Shown here piece after piece: positions 20,697-30,567 of a DNA stretch of 64,000 nucleotides (positions are counted from its first letter, which is position 1; every line of letters begins with the position of its first letter). Both the position numbers and the translations under genes were made by a program. The notes beneath the pieces were generated by a model, which saw only the letters and a program-made list of their open reading frames with translations, did no database searches and was not told the origin of the DNA. The DNA lies in assembly GCA_964527925.1 (NCBI GenBank), contig CAZGQO010000006.1, forward strand, positions 88,983 to 152,982. Direction: 5' to 3'. The stretch comes from an uncultured Ignavibacteriaceae bacterium (GTDB lineage Bacteria > Bacteroidota > Ignavibacteria > Ch128b).

Positions 20697-20983
20697 AAGT
20701 CGCTTTTATTATTCATAATGTTGCAGAGACAGAAAGCATTGATGAAATCATTGAAAAGTGTGAGATTAAAAATTTCACAAGAATTCAGAAAGCGATAGGT
20801 AAAAATGAATCTGCTGATCCAGTGTTTGATAATGAAATCTGGCCAGGTTACTACTCAATTACAATAATTGAAAATCCTGGTGATAAGATTGGGATACTAA
20901 GGACTGAAATCAAATATCTGAAAGAACACTTAAAGATTCCTGATTTGAAATATTACGAATTTGATGCGGATATTTTTATTTAA
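20693..20983 (+). CDS. Small cytoplasmic protein, translationally coupled to the RND pump. Possibly a DUF3240 / P-II-like fold protein of the kind found beside heavy-metal RND genes.
   Basis: ATGA overlap with the RND stop. 96 aa, no TM. The family assignment is from memory of DUF3240 context and was not verified. Confidence 0.4.
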   Translation: MKVAFIIHNVAETESIDEIIEKCEIKNFTRIQKAIGKNESADPVFDNEIWPGYYSITIIENPGDKIGILRTEIKYLKEHLKIPDLKYYEFDADIFI

Positions 20984-20987
20984 TTAA

Positions 20988-21020
20988 CAGAGGCTGGTTT
21001 TTCAGGCCTCATATTTTTTG
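20988..21020 (+). terminator. Probable rho-independent terminator after the efflux operon.
   Basis: Imperfect stem gaggctg / caggcctc followed by ATATTTTTT. Confidence 0.45.
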
Positions 21021-21022
21021 AT

Positions 21023-21805
21023 ATGGCGAGATTTAAATTATCTATCGAATACGAAGGAACAAGATACAGTGGATGGCAGATTCAAAAGAATGCAAGAACT
21101 GTTCAGGGCGAATTAATCGGTGCAATAAAAAAAGTATTCAATACCGATGACTTCGATTTTCAGGGTGCAGGCAGAACAGATGCTGGTGTTCACGCTTTGT
21201 GTCAAATTGCTCATCTTGATATTAAAACCAATTTTCCTGTTGATAAAATTAAATTTGCTTTGAACGACAATCTACCGGCTGATATCAATATTCTTTCCGT
21301 TGAAAAAACAGACAAAAATTTTCATGCTCGAAAAGATGCAAAGTATAGATCTTACATTTACATCATCAGTCAAAGACGAAGCGCCTTTGCAAAAAAGTTT
21401 GTCTGGTGGATTAAAGATGAACTTGATTTTGAGTTGATGAAATTAGCCTCACAACACTTTATTGGATTAAAGGATTACAAATCTTTTGCTGAAATAGATA
21501 AGGAAGAAAAATCCACTCTGGTGAAAATAATTAACGTCGAATTGAAACAGGAGAATTCACTTATATTGATCAGAATCGTTGGTTCTCACTTTTTGTGGAA
21601 GATGGTAAGAAGAATGGTTGGTATGCTTGTCGAAGTTGGGAGAAAAAACTTTGATATTCAAAAAATAAATGATCTTTTTACTGAAAAATCTGAACTGCCA
21701 TCAAAATTTACAGCCCCTCCATCAGGATTATATCTTGAGAATGTTTACTGCACAGAAAAATTAAAACTACCAGAACTAAATTCATGGATTAAACTAAGTC
21801 AATAA
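21023..21805 (+). CDS. truA: tRNA pseudouridine(38-40) synthase.
   Basis: 'GAGRTDAGVHA' catalytic Asp motif. Confidence 0.9.
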   Translation: MARFKLSIEYEGTRYSGWQIQKNARTVQGELIGAIKKVFNTDDFDFQGAGRTDAGVHALCQIAHLDIKTNFPVDKIKFALNDNLPADINILSVEKTDKNFHARKDAKYRSYIYIISQRRSAFAKKFVWWIKDELDFELMKLASQHFIGLKDYKSFAEIDKEEKSTLVKIINVELKQENSLILIRIVGSHFLWKMVRRMVGMLVEVGRKNFDIQKINDLFTEKSELPSKFTAPPSGLYLENVYCTEKLKLPELNSWIKLSQ

Positions 21806-21807
21806 AA

Positions 21808-21846
21808 AAGCCGCCCCACATAAATTAACTTAGCAAGGCGGCTTTG
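21808..21846 (-). terminator. Terminator for the minus-strand OMP gene. On the minus strand it is followed by TTTTTTATT.
   Basis: 9-bp stem aaagccgcc / ggcggcttt. Confidence 0.55.
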
Positions 21847-21888
21847 TGAAGGGTGCGTTATGAGCACTAAGGCATGTAATGATTTTGA

Positions 21889-22392
21889 TTATAAGCCAAA
21901 TCGATATTTTACACTGACAGCAAGAGCACTGAATCCTGACGCATAATTTGAATATTTTGCTCCTAAATCTAAATCACCCATTTGATATCCAACTCCACCA
22001 TGAAAACCGAATTCTGTTGAACTGGATGATGCTGTAACAGTTCTTCCAAAAAAGGAGGCAGTGACAGTTTGGCTAATCATATGTAAACCTACTTCGGCTT
22101 GAGCATATAATCCACCACCAAATGGATATTTTGCACCTGCGAGAATTGGAATAATTGATGCACTGTATCCATTTCCACTTTTTTCGAGAAATGTTAGATA
22201 ACCACTTGAACCAGTTAAAACTACTGGGCTCATCTCATATTCGAACTGAGCAACACCACCAAGACCCAAAGATGAAACATTACCGAAATTCCCCATGGGT
22301 AATGCGACTTGAGCGCCAGCACTTGCAGACATTTGTTGTGCCCCTAAGTAAGATGCAAATGCGAAAACGAATAAGATAAATAGTTTTTTCAT
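21889..22392 (-). CDS. Small outer-membrane beta-barrel protein (OmpA-like beta-barrel / OmpW-like).
   Basis: Signal peptide, alternating Gly/aromatic beta-strands, C-terminal 'KYRFGL'. Confidence 0.6.
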   Translation of the reverse strand: MKKLFILFVFAFASYLGAQQMSASAGAQVALPMGNFGNVSSLGLGGVAQFEYEMSPVVLTGSSGYLTFLEKSGNGYSASIIPILAGAKYPFGGGLYAQAEVGLHMISQTVTASFFGRTVTASSSSTEFGFHGGVGYQMGDLDLGAKYSNYASGFSALAVSVKYRFGL

Positions 22393-22710
22393 AGTTGACT
22401 CCTTGTTAATTGTTACTTTTAAGTTGTTGATTTCTGAAGTTAGCCACCCTTAGTGCTCTTCGATTAAAATGATTAATTATATGAATTTCATTTCCGACAC
22501 CCTCCATTTTGTTAGTAAATATTTTAGTGCAACTCTTTTTCATCTATGATTCCAGAATGAATTTCCATTTCAATTAATTTCGATGTGAAAATAATTTTTG
22601 ATTTGAGTCCGTCAATCAGTCATACGTCGTATTTTTTATCTGGCAGGAAATTGGAAGGATGATGCTGATAGGAGCTTAAGAAATAATAATCAAATAAAAA
22701 GCTATGAAGT

Positions 22711-24633
22711 CTACTTCAATAGTAACATTTTTATAGTGTGAAAATTTCGATTTTGAATTAGTCTTGCAAAATAGACGCCCGATGGTAAATCATTACATTC
22801 AAAAATAACTGAATAAATTTTGCCTGATTCAAAATATCCTTCTAAAAGATTTTGAACTTCTTCTCCCAGTGAATTATAAATCTTTAAATTAATCAAGCCG
22901 CTTTCTTTAAAAGAGAAAGAAAGATTGGTTGATGAATTAAATGGATTCGGAAAATTTTGAAATAACCGAAAATCAGTTACTGATATTTGCTGATCTTCTA
23001 TTGATGTTGTATTTCTGTAAAACCTCAGAGCGTCAGCAATACAATATCCATCAGTCGATGAAATTAACTTAACTTTAAAAGTTTGATTTTCTGTGAAAGG
23101 AAATTCCCCAAGATAATTCCACACGCCGCCATTTTCTCTCTGATTAACTGAGATAATCATTGAATCACTCAGCGATAAATAAATTATGTATCTTGGATTA
23201 AAAGATCGATTAGGATGAGCACTCCACATTGTATATAACTTAATCAAATAAGAAAAAGATGGAGTGAAAATCCACTCACCATAAGCATTGGAATTTGGCG
23301 GAAGAACATAATAATCATTTCCATATCTATCAGGTTGGGAAATTGAATTCCACCCGCCTGATCCTGTAAAAAGTAAATCTAAATTATTAATGATTAAACA
23401 CACAAAATCATTATTGTTGTCAATTTCAATTACCTGATAACCTCTTCCTTCGTATCCATCGATTGTTTTTGCACGGATTTCAACTTTATGCTGTCCATCA
23501 GTGTAAGAAGAAAAATCGATTACAAAATCATAGGGCGATGAATAAATTGTTTGTAATAAAATTCCATCAATTAAAATTTTCACTTCAACTATTGGTCTTG
23601 TACATTGAATCTGAACAGAAATTGTATCCAAACCTCGAACAACTTTTTTATAAATTGAGATTAAAGGAACATTCAAATTTACATATGTAAGGAAATAAGA
23701 AGATGGAATTACAGATTGATAAGCATTTAAGACTGCTGAATTGTTTGTAAGTGAAAAATCTGATTTATTAATTAAGTGCGAGTCGTAATCAAACCAGAAA
23801 ACTCCTTTAACTCTCGGAAAAAACTGTTGAAGATTTTGATAGAGTTGCTGCATGTTATTAATGCAATAATCAGTTGTAATTCTTGGCAGTGGCGGATTTC
23901 CTCTCCACTCTCTCGATGCAGCAGCCCATTCGCAAATCATAATTGGTTTGTATGGAAATTTATTATAAACAGAACCAAGCTTTGAAAGAGTTGATATTCC
24001 TGTTTCATTCATCAAAGAATCATAAACAGGACCCCACATGTAAAAATTCACTCCAACCCAATCAACATATTCATCACCAGGATAATAAGCCATAATATTT
24101 CTCGAAGTATCACCTGGAATATCGGGACGCCAGTTAGGACACCAGACCATCACAACATTCGGAGCTTCTTCTTTCATAATGTTATACATCAAGCGCCATT
24201 TTTCTTTGTATAGAGTCGGTGATCCAAACCAGGGCACCCAGTCACCATTCATCTCAGAAGCAAATCGTAAGAAGATTGGAATACCAGTTTGTGCAGCTTC
24301 ACGTGCCCAATTTCTTAATTGAGGTCCATCAACAACATCTCTAAAAGCAGTATCTGGTTCGAAACCAATTTGAACAAATGCATTGTATTTCTTGCATGAA
24401 TCAACAAAAGTTTTTGGAAAAGGAGAAGAGACAGCAGTGTAGGTTAAATAGCCTGAATGTTTCTCTCCGACCAGATTTTCAAAATTACTTATCATTCCAT
24501 TAAGATTAATATCATTTTGAATGAATGCACCAATATAACAACCACTCTGTGGCTCATACTTTGCGAGTGTTTGACTGAATAAGATTTGAAAAGAGAAAAA
24601 AAGTATGATTAAAATTGCACTAAATTTTTTCAT
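22711..24633 (-). CDS. GH26-like (beta-mannanase clan GH-A) glycoside hydrolase with a T9SS C-terminal domain.
   Basis: 'LRFASEMNGDW' (acid/base Glu) and 'IMICEWAA' (nucleophile Glu) motifs, as in GH26. Por tail 'FPNPFNSSTNLSF...LKIYNSLGEEV...SGVYFARL'. Confidence 0.7.
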   Translation of the reverse strand: MKKFSAILIILFFSFQILFSQTLAKYEPQSGCYIGAFIQNDINLNGMISNFENLVGEKHSGYLTYTAVSSPFPKTFVDSCKKYNAFVQIGFEPDTAFRDVVDGPQLRNWAREAAQTGIPIFLRFASEMNGDWVPWFGSPTLYKEKWRLMYNIMKEEAPNVVMVWCPNWRPDIPGDTSRNIMAYYPGDEYVDWVGVNFYMWGPVYDSLMNETGISTLSKLGSVYNKFPYKPIMICEWAAASREWRGNPPLPRITTDYCINNMQQLYQNLQQFFPRVKGVFWFDYDSHLINKSDFSLTNNSAVLNAYQSVIPSSYFLTYVNLNVPLISIYKKVVRGLDTISVQIQCTRPIVEVKILIDGILLQTIYSSPYDFVIDFSSYTDGQHKVEIRAKTIDGYEGRGYQVIEIDNNNDFVCLIINNLDLLFTGSGGWNSISQPDRYGNDYYVLPPNSNAYGEWIFTPSFSYLIKLYTMWSAHPNRSFNPRYIIYLSLSDSMIISVNQRENGGVWNYLGEFPFTENQTFKVKLISSTDGYCIADALRFYRNTTSIEDQQISVTDFRLFQNFPNPFNSSTNLSFSFKESGLINLKIYNSLGEEVQNLLEGYFESGKIYSVIFECNDLPSGVYFARLIQNRNFHTIKMLLLK

Positions 24634-25361
24634 GCCAGATTATCTAAATCACTATTATTTAGATTTAATTCCATACTTGCATTTTGAATTGCATCAACAA
24701 ACCAGCTTGTAATGATTCTCGGTCGAGTGATGGCTGTACCAACCACAACACTCCATGCACCAAGTTTGATTGCCTGAGCTGCATACTCAGGTCGATTGTA
24801 TCTTCCTTCGGCAATTACTGGCAGCTTAATTTTTTTTGTTAACGAACTGAGTAATTCAAAATCAGGTTTATCTGTGTTTAACTGCCTTGTTTCTGGTGTG
24901 TATCCACTCAAAGTTGTGGAGATACAATCTGCACCATTGTACGCACAGGCAACACCTTCTTCAAGATTTGAAACATCTGCAAGAATGATTGCATTATAAT
25001 TTTTCTTTAATTCAGATATGAAATCTGGTCCAGTCAGTCCTTCTCTTTTTCTAAATGTTCCGTCGACTGCAATTATGTGACAACCAATTTCAAGTAAAGA
25101 TTCAAATTCTTTGAATGAGCCAGTAATTCTCACACTGCCATCTTCAAATTTTGATTTGATTAAACCAATCACAGGCAACTTGACAGCTTCAAGAATACTT
25201 TTAGTTTTTTCGATACCCTCAGAACGAATTCCAAAGGCACCACCCATCTCAGCAGCTTTTGCAAAAAGTGTGACTCCTTCAGGTGAATTAAAAGGATCAT
25301 CACCTTCAGATTGACAGGAAACAATCAAACCATTTTTTAATTCTTCGAAAATTTCTAACAT
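24630..25361 (-). CDS. N-acylmannosamine-6-phosphate 2-epimerase-like protein (NanE family TIM barrel).
   Basis: 'NGLIVSCQSEGDDPFNSPEGVTLFAKAAEMGGAFGIR' is the NanE family signature. ATGA overlap with the GH26 gene. Confidence 0.7.
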   Translation of the reverse strand: MLEIFEELKNGLIVSCQSEGDDPFNSPEGVTLFAKAAEMGGAFGIRSEGIEKTKSILEAVKLPVIGLIKSKFEDGSVRITGSFKEFESLLEIGCHIIAVDGTFRKREGLTGPDFISELKKNYNAIILADVSNLEEGVACAYNGADCISTTLSGYTPETRQLNTDKPDFELLSSLTKKIKLPVIAEGRYNRPEYAAQAIKLGAWSVVVGTAITRPRIITSWFVDAIQNASMELNLNNSDLDNLA

Positions 25362-25362
25362 C

Positions 25363-26214
25363 TTAAATCATCCCTTCTATCTTTTGAGCGATTAAAAACT
25401 CTTCATAATTCTGATAAGAACTAAGATAATCACCGATAAATTTTATTCTATCATCATTACCTTTCTGTTTTATGAATTCAAATTGATAACAAGCCTGAGG
25501 AGGAACAATCTGTATTCGACTGCCATGACTTCGAAGCAATTCATCGAGATAAATAAATTTTTCATGAGCCAGATTCTCTACTTCAAAAAGATTAGTTGTG
25601 TTGAGTTTGTATGAGATCCAGCAGCGATTATCATTTAACTTGATTGCATGGATCAGATTCTCATCTTCAAAATTTAAATCATTGAGATTTAATGAAATAA
25701 AATTAATTCTGCTCTCAATAAATTTTCTTGACTGTGGAGAAACAAGGGAAACTATTGTGAATTCATTTGAGAAATCGTAAATATTTTTAGTTTTAATTTC
25801 AATTTCTCCTTCCCGACCGAAAACAATTAGTTTAATTCCTTCATCATCATACTTAATGTTGACTGGTATTATATGAAAAAGAAGATCTATCCCTTTTTCA
25901 ACTGTCGCTTTTTGCAGAACAAATTTTATAACTTCTGGATTGAAGATAATGTGATCCGGTGATTCAAAAAGAATTGAATTCTTTTCATTCAATAAATTTT
26001 CGAAAATTGATTTTGAAATACTTCCAAACTGAAAAAAATTGACAGGGCTTTTTTGTAAGAGATTTAAGCTTTCTGTGAGTGTCCCGCCAAAGAATCCATA
26101 ACGATTGATGAGCAAAACCTTTTCGCCCTTCTCTTTTAGTTCTAATGCAGCAACAACTCCTGAGAAACTTGCTGAATAAACTACTGAATCGAATGTATCA
26201 TTAAATTGATTCAT
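25363..26214 (-). CDS. Hypothetical protein with a degenerate FAD/NAD(P)-binding N-terminus (FAD_oxidored-like, with GxGxxG degraded to SASFSG).
   Basis: 'DSVVYSASFSGVVAALELKEKGEKVLLINRYGFFGG' resembles a Rossmann dinucleotide-binding start but lacks the glycines. Confidence 0.4.
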   Translation of the reverse strand: MNQFNDTFDSVVYSASFSGVVAALELKEKGEKVLLINRYGFFGGTLTESLNLLQKSPVNFFQFGSISKSIFENLLNEKNSILFESPDHIIFNPEVIKFVLQKATVEKGIDLLFHIIPVNIKYDDEGIKLIVFGREGEIEIKTKNIYDFSNEFTIVSLVSPQSRKFIESRINFISLNLNDLNFEDENLIHAIKLNDNRCWISYKLNTTNLFEVENLAHEKFIYLDELLRSHGSRIQIVPPQACYQFEFIKQKGNDDRIKFIGDYLSSYQNYEEFLIAQKIEGMI

Positions 26215-28385
26215 ATTTTCTTTTTCCCAGCAAGTATGATGACATTCTCACTAGAAGGAACATCTTTCAGTTCAAGTTCTGCCAATGAAAGAATTTGATT
26301 TTCACTAATTAAACCTGTTGTATCAATTATTTTTCCACCATGAACGACAAAGATATCTGGAAGCAAAGCACCTGCATCACCATAGGTTGTATGATTTTTT
26401 ATGATTTCAGAAATCACTTCTTTGAAATTCTGTTTACTTGTTTCACGAACAATTGCGTCGTTGTTCTGCAAACGAATTGTTCCTTCACGATCAATAATCC
26501 GGGCAAGAGTATGTTTTTCTTTCACCAGACCGAAAATTCTTTTTGATATTTTCTCAACTGAAACTGCAACCATCCGATTTGTTCGACCTTTGATTTGACA
26601 GGTTGATGGATCAACTCTCATTGATTTTGCACAAATTTCGATTAATTGATTTTCATCGAGTTCTTTTAGTCCAAGTTCTCGAGTACGCAATTCAGTCGAA
26701 CCAAAAGCAGTTGCAATGACTTTTTTCTTTTGAGTATCTATTTCAATAGTTGTTTCGATTGTATCGGGATTTGCTCCCATTTTTATAACTGATTCAATCG
26801 CCTGCTGACGAAGTTCAATTAAATCTGATTCTGCTGGATTTAAAATATTTTTTTCAACTGAATCCCTGATGATTCCAAGTGCAGCACCAATTGCAGAAAT
26901 CACTTCACAATTTTCAGCAATTTTGAATTTCATTCCGAGATAATTTGCTGTAAAAGGAACAATTGCAGGTGCACCGCCACCTCCGCCAACAATTTCAATT
27001 AAATCTGGATCAAGCTTGTATTCACGAATCAATTGATTTATAACTGGTTTAATTTTTTCTGCAGAAATGGTCAATATTTCTTCGGCGATTTTTTCTGGGG
27101 AGATTTTCAGTTTTTTACTTAACCAATCAAAAAGTCCCCGAACACTATTTTTGTTTGGTTCACTGTGACCAACTACATCAGTAAGTTCAAGAAGAGCAGA
27201 GGCATCCGTTGTTGTGATTGCAAATTCTGGTTTAGAATTGTTTTTATGTTTGATAGAAATGTAATCTGATAGATCGTGTTTGATTGGTTGAATTTGCTGC
27301 AGCTCATAATTGTCAAAGTCTTCAATGTCTGAAAAAGCAACATAAGAAAGATTAGCAATGTGAGCACTCCTTGGACCAACATCAACAATTTTATTATTGT
27401 GAAGTCTAACCATTGAACCGCCGGCAATACCAAGAGTGCGAACATCAAGCGTTCGGACGAACAAACGATTTCCACCAATTTGAGCACTTTTGATTTGCGG
27501 CTTTCCATTCTTAATTACTGAAATATCAGTTGAAGTTCCTCCTACTTCGATGAAAATTCCATCAGTAACTTTTGCATACATCAATGCGGCTGCAACACCA
27601 GCAGCAGGACCAGATAACATCGTAAGTATTGGTCTCCTTCTCATTTCATTGATATCCATAATTCCGCCGTCAGAACGCATAACCATTAATGTTGCTTTAA
27701 TTCCGCTTTCTCGAATTGCTCGTTCAGTCATATTTGCGGTTTCCAGCATCTTTGGCATCATGCTGGCGTTAATGATCGCTGTGCGGGTTCGAATTCTCAA
27801 ACCATAGAGTCTGGTTAATTGACTTGCCGAAGTTGCAAGCAAACCCTTTTTTGAAGCGATGTTAATAACAAACTCTTCATTTTCAGGATGATCAACTCCA
27901 AAAACTTCAGAAGCAACAATTACTTCAGCGCCTTCATCAACCAGCTCATCAATTAATTTAGAAATCAATTCTTCAGATAATTTTTCATTAAAATCGATAT
28001 AACGAAATCTTGTAGGCAGAAATTTTCCTGGTGCAAGTTGAATCTTGTTTTGATTAATATCTCGTTTTGCAATTTTCCCTTCCACACCTTTTCCCATTCC
28101 AATAATTCCAACCGTAGCTACATCTCCTTCAAGTAATGCATTGGTTGCTTGAGTTGTTGAATGGGCAATTAAAATTATTTCATCAGGATTTATCTTATTT
28201 TCTTCAATCAACTTTAACATCGATTCAACTACACCACGAGCAACTCCTTCCTTTGCTGTGTGAGTTGTAGGAACGCATGCTTTGCCTATGATTGAAAAAT
28301 CAGAAATATCCACAGCAACAGCGTGAGTAAATGTTCCGCCAACATCAATTCCAATTTTTATTTTCTTCATGGTTTTTATTGTCAA
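26211..28385 (-). CDS. Hydantoinase A / oxoprolinase-family ASKHA-fold ATPase (HyuA-like, stand-alone).
   Basis: 'KIGIDVGGTFTHAV' N-terminus and a second 'EVGGTSTDI' actin-like ATPase motif. 724 aa. ATGA overlap with the downstream gene. Confidence 0.55.
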   Translation of the reverse strand: MTIKTMKKIKIGIDVGGTFTHAVAVDISDFSIIGKACVPTTHTAKEGVARGVVESMLKLIEENKINPDEIILIAHSTTQATNALLEGDVATVGIIGMGKGVEGKIAKRDINQNKIQLAPGKFLPTRFRYIDFNEKLSEELISKLIDELVDEGAEVIVASEVFGVDHPENEEFVINIASKKGLLATSASQLTRLYGLRIRTRTAIINASMMPKMLETANMTERAIRESGIKATLMVMRSDGGIMDINEMRRRPILTMLSGPAAGVAAALMYAKVTDGIFIEVGGTSTDISVIKNGKPQIKSAQIGGNRLFVRTLDVRTLGIAGGSMVRLHNNKIVDVGPRSAHIANLSYVAFSDIEDFDNYELQQIQPIKHDLSDYISIKHKNNSKPEFAITTTDASALLELTDVVGHSEPNKNSVRGLFDWLSKKLKISPEKIAEEILTISAEKIKPVINQLIREYKLDPDLIEIVGGGGGAPAIVPFTANYLGMKFKIAENCEVISAIGAALGIIRDSVEKNILNPAESDLIELRQQAIESVIKMGANPDTIETTIEIDTQKKKVIATAFGSTELRTRELGLKELDENQLIEICAKSMRVDPSTCQIKGRTNRMVAVSVEKISKRIFGLVKEKHTLARIIDREGTIRLQNNDAIVRETSKQNFKEVISEIIKNHTTYGDAGALLPDIFVVHGGKIIDTTGLISENQILSLAELELKDVPSSENVIILAGKKKI

Positions 28386-28744
28386 CTTATGATTTCAGTA
28401 TTCGAATTTGTTTTAATTTTAATTTGATGATTAAAATACTTTCACAATTTAAACCTATTAGAAATTTGAGACAATCAACAACTATAAATCAACACAATAT
28501 GAAAAATTAATCGGTTTGAATCACAAATTTAGTTCTGCTGAATGAAGTTTAAAATGATGCAAAAACAAACAATTAAATTCAATTTACATTACAGTGTTTG
28601 AGTTAGAGATTATTTTTAATTCTGGAAGGCAAGAAAAGAACATTTTGATGATTTGAGTGATTAACTCTTAAAAGATTATTTTCCATGTGTAGATTGTTTT
28701 GCATTTCTTCATTCATCATATTTGTATAAGTTCAATAATCAAGA

Positions 28745-30559
28745 ATGAATAAGCATATGAATAAGAGATACATTTTATTAATCGGTTTAACACTAACGGT
28801 TTTCTTATCACAAATCCTTGCTCAAGCAATTCCGCCCAAAAGAGAATTTCGTGCTGTCTGGATTGCAAGTGTATCTAATATCGATTGGCCATCGAGCAAG
28901 TATCTGACAACTTCACAACAGAGAAGTGAGTTCATTTCATACCTGGATTATTTGAAATCGTGCGGCTTTAATGCAGTCCTTCTTCAGATTAGACCTTCCT
29001 GTGATGCATTTTATGCAAATGCAAGTGAACCGTGGTCGGAATGGTTAATGGGAACACAGGGTCAGGCACCAATTCCTTTTTATGATCCACTTCAATTTAT
29101 GATTGATGAAACTCACAAACGAGGATTGGAATTTCATGCCTGGTTTAATCCTTATAGATCACAACTAAGTGCTTCAAGTTCAATTCATCCATCACATATC
29201 ACACAAACAAAACCAGAATGGAATTTAAGATTCAATTCGCCATACAAAATGTTAGATCCGGGACTTCCGCAGGTTCGTGAGTATGTAACAGGAATTATTA
29301 TGAATGTTGTTCGCAGATATGATATCGATGGAGTTCATTTTGATGATTATTTTTATCCTTATGAAGGAATTCAGAATCAGGATAGTGTTTCCTGGAGTTT
29401 GTATTCAGGTGGATTTACTGACAAAGGCGATTGGCGAAGAAATAATGTGAATATACTTGTACGAATGATTTATGACAGCTTAAAGGCAGTTAAACCCTAT
29501 GTAAAATTTGGAATCAGTCCATTTGGCATCTGGAAAAACAGTGCAGCTGGAACAAGCGGATTTGAAGCATACTACGGAATTTATTGTGATGCTGTTGCCT
29601 GGCTTCAGGAAAGAAAAGTCGATTACATTATGCCCCAAATTTACTGGGCATTTGCCCGAACTGCTGCACCTTATGGAAATCTTGTCCCGTGGTGGTCTAC
29701 TGTTTTGAATGGCAGACATTTATATGTGGGACATGGTGCTTATAACATGTCAAAAGCTGATCCATTCCCGATTGGCAGCTGGCCTGCAAGTGAATTAGGT
29801 GATCAAATTAGATTCAACAGACAATTTTCAAATGTTCATGGAAGTTGCTTTTTTAGTGCAAAACACATTAAAAATAATGTAAAAGGATTTGCTGATTCTT
29901 TAAGAACAAATCTTTACAAATATCCAGCCATTCCACCACGAATGCCATGGATAGATTCAATTCCGCCTCTGCCGCCTGTGAATCTAACTGCTAATGGAAA
30001 TGCTGTTAGTGTTGTATTAACATGGGAAAAACCAGATACTGCAATCGATGGTGATAAACCAAAGTACTTTATTGTCTACAAAACAGTTGATTCTGATTCG
30101 ATTGATATTAATGACCCAAGAAACATACTAAAAGTTTTACCAAACGATACAACTGTTTATTATGATGTCTTCCCGGTTCAATTCAATAGAAAATATACTT
30201 ATGTTGTCACTTCAGTTGATAGAATGCATAATGAAAGTTTACCAGTTGCAAAAACGCAATTTATTTTAACAGAAGTATCAGACCTTGCTGAAGCATTTGA
30301 CTATAATCTCTATCAAAACCATCCAAATCCTTTCAATCCTATAACAACTATTGAATTCACATTAAAAGAAAAATCTTATACTGAACTAAAAGTATATGAT
30401 GTTCTTGGCAGAGAAATTCAAACTCTCATTGCTTCAGAACTTGAAAGAGGAAAACACTCTGTTCAATTTGATGGAAGTAAAACACCGAGTGGAGTTTATT
30501 TTTACAGATTAATTTCTGGTAGTTTTATTGCAAGTAAAAAGATGGTTTTACAGAAATAA
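28745..30559 (+). CDS. GHL10 (DUF187/YngK-like, TIM-barrel glycosidase-like) secreted protein with a T9SS C-terminal domain.
   Basis: 'REFRAVWIASVSNIDWPS' family hallmark, signal peptide, and Por tail 'NHPNPFNPITTIEF...LKVYDVLGREI...SGVYFYRL'. Confidence 0.7.
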   Translation: MNKHMNKRYILLIGLTLTVFLSQILAQAIPPKREFRAVWIASVSNIDWPSSKYLTTSQQRSEFISYLDYLKSCGFNAVLLQIRPSCDAFYANASEPWSEWLMGTQGQAPIPFYDPLQFMIDETHKRGLEFHAWFNPYRSQLSASSSIHPSHITQTKPEWNLRFNSPYKMLDPGLPQVREYVTGIIMNVVRRYDIDGVHFDDYFYPYEGIQNQDSVSWSLYSGGFTDKGDWRRNNVNILVRMIYDSLKAVKPYVKFGISPFGIWKNSAAGTSGFEAYYGIYCDAVAWLQERKVDYIMPQIYWAFARTAAPYGNLVPWWSTVLNGRHLYVGHGAYNMSKADPFPIGSWPASELGDQIRFNRQFSNVHGSCFFSAKHIKNNVKGFADSLRTNLYKYPAIPPRMPWIDSIPPLPPVNLTANGNAVSVVLTWEKPDTAIDGDKPKYFIVYKTVDSDSIDINDPRNILKVLPNDTTVYYDVFPVQFNRKYTYVVTSVDRMHNESLPVAKTQFILTEVSDLAEAFDYNLYQNHPNPFNPITTIEFTLKEKSYTELKVYDVLGREIQTLIASELERGKHSVQFDGSKTPSGVYFYRLISGSFIASKKMVLQK

Positions 30560-30567
30560 GAAATGAA

